From assembly GCF_964204645.1 (NCBI RefSeq), contig NC_134026.1, positions 5,355,950 through 5,419,949 on the forward strand: 64,000 bases of DNA, in the 5' to 3' direction. Every line of letters begins with the position of its first letter. The stretch's first letter is position 1. The position numbers and the translations under genes were made by a program. Shown piece after piece: positions 1 to 10,563 of this stretch. The stretch is from Tubulanus polymorphus. Its lineage: Eukaryota > Animalia > Nemertea. Under the pieces are notes generated by a model. The model was not told where the DNA came from, made no database searches, and saw nothing but the letters and a program-made list of their open reading frames with translations.

Positions 1-121
1 GAAATAGTACTTTGCATCTGAGAAACTTTCCATTCTTAACTACCATACTGGAAAATTATATATTCGTTATTGCCTAGAATTACATTTTTCTTCAATTTAG
101 TAATGTTCTTTTTATTTTCAG

Positions 122-190
122 GTAGAATGGTTCAATGTAAATATTACCAATTTGAATGAATTTGAGCACGTGCGTGGTGGCAGAATGTAA
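122..190 (+). CDS. Possible terminal coding exon of a gene starting upstream of the window (VEWFNVNITNLNEFEHVRGGRM*)
   Basis: Strong acceptor (ttctttttattttcag ending at 121), then an open frame to TAA at 188-190 and AT-rich UTR-like sequence with AATAAA near 1432. No homology recognised. Confidence 0.4.
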   Translation, partial: VEWFNVNITNLNEFEHVRGGRM

Positions 191-1204
191 CATTCTGAAA
201 TTGCGCAGGAAAGAAATTCAGCTTAAAAATGTACCGAGATAAAAAATTTGTGCCCTAAACGTTTTCAGCGGTAACTTCAGCAAAGGTGTTTTTTTCTGAT
301 TTTAATGAATTTGTAAAATATATACATATGAATATATATATATATATATATATACTATACAATGAATATGATCCATGCTTTGCGAGGGAAAGGTTTCTCC
401 CTCTCTTCTCTCTTACTCTTGAATATTTACTGTTGAACATAATGGAAAATGATTTATGAATGCAATTATGTTTCATTTTCAATCTTGTCTTGATTCGCGA
501 TCGTAAAAATCCAACATGAAATTCATAACGAACATGATAATTCTCCTTATTTGACTACAAAGCATTTTTCTAATGACAAATTTTGTACCGCGGTAGTTAG
601 TATTAGTTTTAACCAATCCAACATGTTCATTTATGACTGATTTTCTCGGTAGAACAATCCATGATTGCATTTCGTGTCATTTCTAACGACGACTTTTCAG
701 CGATGAAAAATGGGGGCTTGAATCCTTATCTATATATCTGATGAACCTTTGTTTCAAATATCTCACTGGTTGGAAGTCAGTATTTGGGTAAGGCATCAAG
801 CTTTTGCGGAAATGACATACCACGGACGGTATGTTGCGCTTCATTGCGTTTTTGCATGCGCACGTATTGAAAATCGAATCAAATCAAAATACATTTGTTC
901 CTGTAAATTTCTAACCTCGGAAGTTATAGATATCTGCCTGTAGCTAGCGATTACTTAGTGAAATGATATTTTTGTTTTAGTCGTTTTAAGCATGATGCAG
1001 GCCATCATCGTTATGATAGATGAAAAATGTTTCTTTCGCTTTTTTGTGTACTGTTCAAAATTAGGTCGTTTTAAATTTCCACCAGATAATGCTGAATGTG
1101 TTAGTAGCTAGTCGAGATGATCATTGGTCGATTATTCGGTGGCAATTCCATTCTTCATATGTAAATACGGATCATGTATTTTGCAGTAACTTTGTCATTA
1201 GATA

Positions 1205-1410
1205 TATTCTAGAACGCAGGGTTTTAATCCGGCAGTGAAATTTCTTGCTTTGAATGTATTAAGCCTTGCTGTTGGGAGTAGACTTGGTAACCGAACCAGC
1301 ATCTTGAGAAAGCGTTTGTACATTGTATCTACTTTTCAGAAAAAATTGCTTTGTATTATATGTGAATGAAATAACACACTCTTATTATCATAATAATACT
1401 AATAATACAT
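1205..1410 (+). mobile_element. Degenerate SINE-like remnant
   Basis: B-box-like gggttttaatcc near 1218, an L2-type tail (agcgtttgtacatt...) and an (ataat)n-like 3' end. Confidence 0.35.
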
Positions 1411-1489
1411 TCAATGACCTTAGAAAAAAATAATAAAAGTTGTATGGATTGTAAATATCACAAAAATATTCTGGTTCCATTTATTTTTC

Positions 1490-1660
1490 CAGTTTAAAAC
1501 CCACTGACGATGATCTCTAGTGAGAGTTTTAAAGTTGTTTATTTTGATTTCAATTCTTGATAAAATAAAATTTGTGTTTAATCTTTTTAATTCTGTAAAT
1601 AGTGGGTTTTAAACTTATTTTCCGTTCTCCACATCAGAGTGTGGCTATTTTACCATTATT
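1490..1660 (+). mobile_element. Penelope-like pLTR fragment with hammerhead core CTGACGA
   Basis: Shares gacgatgatctctag and ctgtaaatagtgggtttt...tccgtt...gagtgtgg with the element at 45733-45997. tttaaaacccact (1493) is complementary to agtgggttttaaa (1601). Confidence 0.55.
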
Positions 1661-2271
1661 TTTCCAAAAAAATTGATGGAATTCTCGATTATTCCTTGGG
1701 ATTTGAACCGGGTCCTACCGGTAGTTCAAGAGTTTTCGTTTCATTCGAAGAGAGTCATTCATTTGCTCATGTTTTCAACCTGGATATTCATGTAGCAGAT
1801 ACATAAATATGCATTATGCATATGTTGATTCCGAGTTTACACTTCTTATGATTGAAACTATGATGTCCATGTTATTGCGTCAGCAGCGGGTCCATATGTT
1901 TTTTTTAAATGCAAGATTAGGGTAATTTGTCACATCATCATTACCTTAATCTTGCATATCATAGAATTTAATCATTTTTGTGACACGTTGTATCAGGTCA
2001 TTGATTGATTGTTTCATATCATAGCAAGTAATCGAATACATTTTTTCATAGGAAAACGTGAAACTTAATTTCAATTAATGGGGTTCGAATCCAACTACTG
2101 AAAAACGAACTGTTTCTGCGTCTTGAGAAACAGTCTGAAGTCAGGATTTGACATACCAGTGAGTTCGAGTCCCTCTGAAATTCACGCCCGGCTTCTTGAA
2201 AATAGGCATCGGCTGCACCAAAAAGGACCGTTCAATTACCACACCCAACGACCGAAAAGTGAAGAACCATC

Positions 2272-5200
2272 ATGTTGAACACAGGGTACGTGCTTCCAAA
2301 TAGTAATTCACAAACCGGTTCAACAGCCAACCAAATACAACGAAAATTAACTTAATGTTGATTTATTAAATTATGTTGTTGGCCTTTTTGGGGGTCTACT
2401 ACATAGGCCTAAGTCATTTTTGATGAAATGATCTCCCGACCAGTGACCCTACCCAGGAGATTTCACTGGTATGATAAAGTCACAAATTACAATGAGCTCA
2501 TATAAGAAATTCAAGAATGAGGAGAGTTTCAGACAAGGTAGCATTTCGAACTGGGGCAGGAATAGTCATAGAGTCAGTAACCTGTCTGTGACTGTGGTTT
2601 AGTTTCACGATCGGATATTTTCACAAACCACATTGGTATAAGGCCATCCGATTATAAAAAGCTTACCACCAACGATTAGGTAACTAACTAGGGCAGGTAG
2701 GATGGTGAATGTCACGTTGAACATATTACCATTGTCGAATAGTCAAATAGCCCTCCTAATAGCCTATGTCAAATTAGGCATTTTTCCATCGGTCCAATAC
2801 CTAACCAAACTTTTGAAATAATGGAACCTTATTTTGGCTGTAATCAAGGGTTCAATATAATTAGGCCTATACGTAATATTCTTCTGTTTCCAGGAAATTA
2901 GCTGGACGTACAATTTTCATCTCGGGCGCAAGTCGAGGAATTGGCAAAGCTATTGCTCTGAAATGTGCTAATGATGGCGCCAATGTAGTTATAGCTGCTA
3001 AGACTGCGGAACCGCACCCAAAATTACCGGGCACCATTTACACCGCTGCTGAAGAAAGTAAGAGTTGGCATGTTGATATCATTTCATCATCTCCGGGAAA
3101 AAATTGTGAATTACCCCTCCCTGTAAGAGTTAGCGAAAACCAAAAAGGAACACGTCCGTACTGTACAAAAATTATTTTTTAAGCCGTACACACTCAATAT
3201 GGAAAAAACGTTTTTCCTCTGAAAAACCATTTTCGATGAGTTTTATTATCCCTAGTGCTTTGTATTCCACAAGCTGAATAACCAATCGCCAAGCATCAGC
3301 AAGTGCATCTGATGACATACGCAAAAATTGCGGTTAATAACCAAGTTTGTCGTTGCCCTATGGGACTCTGTTTTCAGTGCCATGTGCGTTGGGCTTTGGT
3401 GTTGAAAAGGGATGTTACAGCTCGCTCCAATATCACTCGATTCATGTATACAATACTGGAATCGACGCAACAAATACCGGTAACAATATGAGATACATGT
3501 ACCGGTACTTAGTAACATTGATAGCAATGGCTATATATCGAATCCCCAAATATCAACACTCCCTGTGAAATTGTGAATTCTCCTTCCCTCTTGCCTCATC
3601 TTGCTCTTCCTCTCCCCCTCACCCTACACTCCTGCCTCTCTCTTGCCCTCTAAAATGAATATATTATTTAATATATTTGCAGTTGAGAAGGCTGGTGGGA
3701 AATGTCTGCCGTGTATAGTAGATATTCGTTTCGAGGATCAAGTGCAGACGGCGGTAGAAAATGCCGTAAAGAAATTCGGAGGGATCGATGTTCTTGTGAA
3801 TAATGCCAGCGCGATATCTCTGACCGGAACCCTCGATACTAAAATGAAAACATACGATTTGATGAACGGCATCAACGCAAGAGGAACATTTCTGTGGTGT
3901 GTATAAGGCTACTTCTATGGGAATTTTGTGTAGATATCCCGGTTACCGTAATCAGGATAGTGTACGGACACTACCTTTCCCCATTTAGGTGAAAGTGAGA
4001 TCTTTTACACAATCACTGCCGACTGGGATCTATCTCGTACACTGCAACCAGTACACTCATAGCCAATCCTTCTTATCCACTTTTTCATGTTTGCACCCTG
4101 GTACACGGTAACAACATATTTTCTGATTGGCTGGCAATGTGAACAGTCTCTGCTTCATTCACCTTGCTCATTGGTCAATTTTGAGCCAAGGCTCGCTATG
4201 TAGCCTAATAGTTCCAGTGCCAAGCTGCAAGTATATGTGTAGTGGCAGTTTGCGAGGGCCGCATATTATCGCAGTGACAGCTAACATGTTCAAATCCAAT
4301 CCAATAATCTATACTTTCAAGAAAGGTCCTGTATAGGCTTCACACTTTACTCGGAATCTAAGTCAATTGTTAGAAATTCAAGAAATTCTACCAATAGCTA
4401 AGTGCAAACAACGTATTCTATTTTCAGTTCACAGAAATGTTTGCCGTACCTTAAAGTCGGGAAAAATCCACATATACTCAACATCAGCCCACCACTCAAT
4501 CTGAATCCTCGATGGTTCAGGGACCATGCTGGTAAAGTTGTAGTATACTTACGAATTTGTATACATGTATGCTCAAAATATGACCTGTAGAGGTTTTTTG
4601 AAAGATAATGTATGGATTTACACTAAGTGTTCGGTTCTGTGTGTGTTACAGCTTACACGATGGCAAAATATGGAATGTCAATGTGTGCATTAGGAATGTC
4701 TGAGGAACTGAAACCGGATGGGATTGCTGTCAACGCACTGTGGCCAAAAACTGGTATGTTACCAAAAAGCATGCTAATGTTAAATTCAGTTTTTAATCTG
4801 CTTCTGGATAAACTAGAGATGGATGAGGACCCTATTCCATCAGCTATCCGGCTAGATGGCGTACATTTCCACAGGACGACCTAACTAAAATTTAATTCAT
4901 TTTCGATCAACTTTCTTTTATTAGTTTTAAGCCTTCCGCAAAAAAGGAAGTTTTCTCCTTCAAAACTCGTTATATCGACAAATGACTGATATGTAGGGAC
5001 CCTGAGAGTCCTCATTTCCATTCGATGGATCCAAATTTTGTACATTGTTACAGCTATTCACACTGCTGCTATGGAAATGCTCGGAGGCGGAAAAGAAATC
5101 GCGAGCTTCAGTCGTTCTCCCGATATCATGGCTGATGCTGCTTACGTGATGCTGACGAAAGACAGTAAATCGTATACGGGCAATTTCGCAATCGACGAAG

Positions 5201-6419
5201 ATGTTTTGATCGAAGCTGGAGTCACCGGAATCAAAGAGAAATACAACCTATCCCAAGGTTTGTTTTTTCTTTAGGGCCTACTTTGATAATAAGTAAACAA
5301 AATTGACAGTTTCCGGCATGCAATATCGTAATTAATCTATTGACTAAAATTTGAAAGGATGAATTTATGATTACCATATGGAACATTAACAAAGTGTTAT
5401 TTATTAAGAGGATACCTCAAATTCTAGAGACTATACCAAATAATGGGGGCACACCCCCCCCCCCCAAAAAAAAAGATGATAGAGAGAATTGAGTTGAAAA
5501 GCTTATTTGGAACGATGCAATGTAAAAATGTTGTCCTCAACTGAAGCTGTATGTTTTAATCTACCATACTTTAATTCATTCAGATACGGAACCACTTCCC
5601 GATTATTTCCTCGACGATTTCATCGAACATGAAAAGAAACAGGCAGCAACTAGCGATGAATCGTCGCTATCCGGAGTCGAAGGCAACGTCGTCGATACGT
5701 TCCGTCAAGTTGAATCCGTTCTTAACGAAAAAGTTGTGAAAAAAGTTAACGGTATTATCGCGTTTGAACTGTCAGGTGAGTGTTGTAGCAGAGGACGGTC
5801 GGCTGTTCTGTGCGAGATAAAACAGTCGAGTCTGGTTAATTCGTAGCTGATTCTTTTATCATTTAATTCATTAATTCATATTAATTTCGTTCTCTATACC
5901 TTGGAACCTTGTTAATACGAATCTTGTGGGCAAAAGTGAAATTTTCGTATTAATCTGGTTATGTATTATCCAAATCTGGATAGATATAGATATGTTACCT
6001 GGGACATGCCGGAAATCATCATGATAAATGGGTTTTATCTTTACAGAATTGTATTACCAGGGTATCAACTGTATATTTAAAGATCAAAAACTGAAATGAT
6101 ACGATTTAAGCGTACCGATACTTGACTGTAATTGATCTGTCTGAAACTGAGGTGTCTGAATGTTTTTGATTTTTCAGGAGCCGAAGCCGGCGAATGGTAT
6201 ATGGATTTAAAGACCGGCAGTGGGTCAATAAAACAAGGCAAACCTGCGTCCGATCCAGACTGCACATTCCAAATGGACAGCGATAATTTCATTAAAATAT
6301 TCAAAGGAGAAATGAAATCAACGACGGCTTTTATGCTCGGCAGGATGAAAATTAAAGGAAATCTTTCAATTGCTATGAAACTCGAGAAGATAATGGATTC
6401 GATGAGGTCTAAGTTATAA
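2272..6419 (+). CDS. HSDL2: Hydroxysteroid dehydrogenase-like protein 2 (SDR + SCP2 domain, peroxisomal), about 411 aa
   Basis: GT-AG exons 2272-2285, 2894-3057, 3683-3896, 4428-4531, 4652-4753, 5054-5257, 5584-5775, 6178-6419 join in frame. MLNTGKLAGRTIFISGASRGIG (Rossmann motif), NNAS, YTMAK catalytic motif, C-terminal SCP2 domain ending in SKL. Confidence 0.97.
5897..6074. mobile_element. Tc1/pogo-type MITE remnant in HSDL2 last intron
   Basis: Imperfect TIRs (ggaaccttgttaatacg ... gtattaccagggtatcaactg) with TA flanks; similar to 6856-7023. Confidence 0.45.
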
Positions 6420-6855
6420 GCAATACAGCTAATCATATTGTATGGTATTTGTGGGGGTATTGACAATTTTTACATTACACATTGATGTACACGTATTTAC
6501 TTTTGTTAGATTTCTAATCTTCTTTTCCATGATGAATTAATAAATTAATGCACTACCGTACATCAGTGACTTGAATTTAATTTTCTGTCTGTATTGTTGA
6601 AAATTTTTGTACCGTGGAGAATATTCAAGACTGTCATGTGATCCTTTCGAGTAGATGCATTTTTAATTCCGACCTGTTTAACACAGCTTGGGAAATGGTT
6701 CCTGGTGATATAATAGTCTTTATATCTCAACACCAGACGCCATCTATGGTCTTTTTAAGTGGTAATCTGCAGCCTTAGTGTGATGTGAAAGTGTGGCGAT
6801 GAATTGCCTAATATCTGCATGAAATATCGATTTCTGGGAAGTGGGTCTGGGCAGC

Positions 6856-7023
6856 CAGTTGAACCTCGTTAATACGATTCGGTTTTAAGACTAAACCCAT
6901 TTATTACAACGATTTCTTTCTAGGATTTCCCCAGCTAAGAAACTATATCGAGCAAGATTTGGATAATACGAAACCCGTTTAATATAACAATTTCACAAGA
7001 TTAGTATTGACAAGGTTTCACTG
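6856..7023. mobile_element. Tc1/pogo-type MITE
   Basis: TIRs cagttgaacctcgttaatac ... gtattgacaaggtttcactg followed by TA. Confidence 0.55.
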
Positions 7024-7309
7024 TACTTATGGTGTGCCTTATCGCAGTAGTATGGGCAACTCAAAAAGGAATGGAATCCATGTGATCTAATGCTATCAAA
7101 TAGACAATCAGATCAGATACAATAGACCCGGGGTACCTTGTTAAATATCCCCTTGTGAATACTGTATTCCTGTGATTCCTTAAACCTGACAAAGATGATC
7201 AATTACATAAGAATTTAAATATATGGACTGAAGTTGATATAAATTTATTCTAATAAAACAATAACTTCATTATACTATCGTATACTAATCAGATTTATTT
7301 CAGCAAACA

Positions 7310-10300
7310 TTAATAATTCTCCTGAGTTACTAAGGTGCTGCTGTTCGGATGATTTTTCCGGCAATGTCTCAATAAATAATCATTACGAATGAATCGTTCT
7401 CCGCAGATCGAACAGACGTACGGGTGATCGCCGGTGTGCGTTCGCATGTGGATCGTTAGCTTATTCTTGAATCGATATTGTTTCGGACAAATCGCGCACG
7501 AATACGTTTTACCGGCGTGTTGCGCGTGGTGTTCGTTCAATCGCGATTTCGTCATGAACGACTTCTCGCACAAACGACACTGATACGGCATCGGTTTATC
7601 GTTGTGCGAATACATATGAGCTTCTAAACTCCACTTCGACGACAGAAACGTCTGACAAATCGCGCACTGAAATCTTTTAATTCCCCGATGGCTTTCCTGG
7701 TGTTTTTTGAGATTTCCCTTTTGCGCGAAGGACTTTCCGCATTGATCGCAATGGAAGTAATCCTTCGGATCGGAGTGCTCGCGCGTGTGCACTTTCAACG
7801 CGTGATTCGATACGTACCCCTTGCCGCACACTTCGCAAACGTACGGACGGATTTTCAAGTGAGTTTTCAGATGCGACGCGAGATACTCCTTCACTTTAAA
7901 CGACTTATTGCATATATGACACACGAACGGTTTACCGGATTTATGTAGAGCGCGATGACGCAACAAATTAGGCCGATCAATGAACTGGGCGCCGCACGTT
8001 TCGCAGACGTACTCTTTAACTCCCGCGTGTCGTTTCATGTGCGCTTTCAAACCGCGTTTATCTTTCAGCGTCTGCTGACAAATCGTGCATTTCCAACGTT
8101 GACCGCGGTCATGACATTTAACGTGGTCGAACAATTCTTCGTCGGTGTGAAACGTAATCGAACAAAACTGGCACGTGAAGTTCTGCTGTTCGTACGTCGC
8201 GTCATGCTCCGCGTTCTCGGCGCGTTCGCCAAGTTCGGCGTGCTTTTGCATATGTAACTTGTAGCCTTTTTTCGTCGAGAATCCCTTCTCGCATAACACG
8301 CATTGGATGATAGCCGGTTTCGAATTCGAATGCATCAGTTTTCGATACAACGCTTCGTCGATTTCGTCTTTATTCAGATGTCGTTGCATGTGCATTTCGT
8401 AACCTCTCTTCGTCGTGAACGCCGTCTTACAAATAAAACAATTACAGGAATATTCAGCGATATCGAATTCGCCGTCAATTTCGCCTTTCTCCTGATGAAC
8501 TTTCATGTGTTTTTTGTAGCCGACGTTCTCCGAGCTGAAGCCTTGACCGCATATTTCGCAATGAAGTCCGGTTCCCGCGGCGTCCGATTCTTGTAGATTC
8601 TCGTCCAAATCTAAATGGCCGTTGAGGTGGTCTTTGAATAATTCTCCGTCTGTCAAAACGACTGCACAAATCGGACATTCGAACCGCATTCCTTCCGAAG
8701 CGAGATCGCCGCCAGTTTCGTCGAAAATCTCCTTTTTCGCTCGATGCGACTTCACGTGGTTATCGTAGCCTCGTTTCGTCGAGTATTCTTTGGCACAAAT
8801 CGAACACGTATATAATTCAGCTTTTGTATTCGAATCGTATTCGGCGTCCGAATCATAATCCTCTTGTTCTGATGGATTTTCAGGTATTATATCTTCGGTT
8901 TCGACTGCGTCACTGGTATCTTTATCCATCGAATGATTCTCCATGTGTATCATCCAAATCGCTCGCGCGCTAAATTGCCTCGAACACAAATTACACCGAT
9001 AAATTCTCTGTCGTCGGGTCTTCACGCGATCCGTTTCGCGTTGGCATTTCTCCGTATCGTGGTCATCGAACTCGGCTTTATTGAAGAATATCGCGTTGCA
9101 TTCTTTGCACTGATATATACTCTCGATTTCGAAATCTTTAGTAGAATTGTCCGCGACTGCGCTGTCGTAGTATTCTTCGTCTATAATACCGCATGTCGGT
9201 TCATCTTTCACGAGCACCACGTGAATATCCTTGTTGTTTTCTAAAACAACAAAATATTCTTTGATTGACGAGTCGCATTAAAATGAAGCTAAATAACCCA
9301 TAATTGACGCACATCGATACAGATATTCCCATGGAGAAAGAAATTTAGGTCTTTGATACTAACCACCTATGTTTTTTATCCTCGAACTTTCAGCGATATT
9401 TTCTGCAAGTCCAGTTTGAACTTCTTGCGTTTCATCAACATTGCTTTCATGTAAACTGGTTTGCATCGGCTCAAGATCCTCATTTTCGTCATCACCAACT
9501 GGATCATCATTACCATCAACATTACCTATAATTAGAACATTATCTTTAAGAAAATCGAAAGGAATTGGAAAAATTTCAATCTATATTGAGTATATGGCCA
9601 AAAGAAATCTCTATTTATCCATCTGAACACCTGGGGCCAGTTCCATAATCGACCTGAAGACGGAAAGTGGTCTTAAGACTGGAACTTTAGTTCTTAGATT
9701 GGCTCTAAAACAGATGGTTATAGACTGGCCCTAATTCTAAGCCTTCACTATGGAACAAGACCCTAGAATGCTTAAACACCTGGATCACCAGGAATACTTG
9801 TATTTTTACTTGCAATAAGCGTGTGTGTGATTTAGATGACGGCGTTGAATCGATGACATACCAGGCGCAGTTTTTCCTGATAAGAATCGATGTTTTATCC
9901 AATGAATCCAGGTTTTCTCATCGACATTACGCACCAAATCATCCAGCAGATAAATGTTCTCTTTCAGCAGTTCTACGAATTCGCTGTCAGGATATTCCAC
10001 TCCTAAACGAAGTTTGATGCATTGTAAATTAAGTTTTTTATATGAATTGAACCAGAATTCACTTATAGGTTTTGAGTAGTCTGCTGAATACCAGTCGTTG
10101 TTACGGGTTCCCTACACAGTACAACCCATAGGCGTTAGGTTTGGGGAACAACGGCTAGGTACTAAACTAGACAAAGGTTTTGAGCTCTCCTCACCTATAG
10201 CAGAAAATCCATCCTTTTCAGCTTTTTCCAGCAACGGTTTCAAAAACGATATCTCAAAATCTGGAAAAGACAATAAATTGAAATCAATAAAATCAGAATT

Positions 10301-10351
10301 GATCAATATAATATCAATTGAATTGAATTTGTACTCGCCGAGCAAAACCAT
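7310..10351 (-). CDS. Multi-C2H2 zinc-finger protein (17 fingers), about 801 aa
   Basis: Last exon 7310-9240 holds 16 C2H2 fingers plus 1 C2HC-like finger, including a C-terminal tandem array (HTGDHPY linker). Upstream in-frame exons are 9367-9543, 9862-10080, 10195-10260 and 10339-10351 (the last needs a GC donor). AATAAA at 7244-7249 (-). The zinc-finger identity is firm; the 5' exons are less certain. Confidence 0.88.
9634..9731. mobile_element. Short GGGCC-ended MITE (Harbinger-like)
   Basis: TIRs gggccagttccataa ... ttatagactggccc. Confidence 0.5.
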
Positions 10352-10563
10352 TTCTTCTCTAGATTTCTTCACTCCTCGGCTCAATATCCTCGATTTGTTC
10401 GCGTTTTTGTTTCCTCAAAGGGTACCATAAGTTGATAAACAATGCCTTCGTTGCTACAAAGCTCCAATAAATACTAAAACGTCATTTTTGAAACGCCGCC
10501 GAGATCGAGCAATTCAACGACAATTCTTTTTATTCCTATCCAATACTGGCAAGTGAGTTCAAG
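10352..10563. promoter_or_regulatory. Compact bidirectional promoter between the zinc-finger gene and PREB
   Basis: The divergent start codons are about 212 bp apart; YY1-like aagatggcg overlaps the PREB ATG. Confidence 0.6.

Noticed and set aside
6520-6580. SECIS-like ATGA...AA...GA in the HSDL2 3'UTR
   Set aside because: No in-frame TGA in the gene and no convincing stem; it coincides with the poly(A) signal.
7688-9244. Several plus-strand ORFs
   Set aside because: Antisense shadows of the zinc-finger exon.
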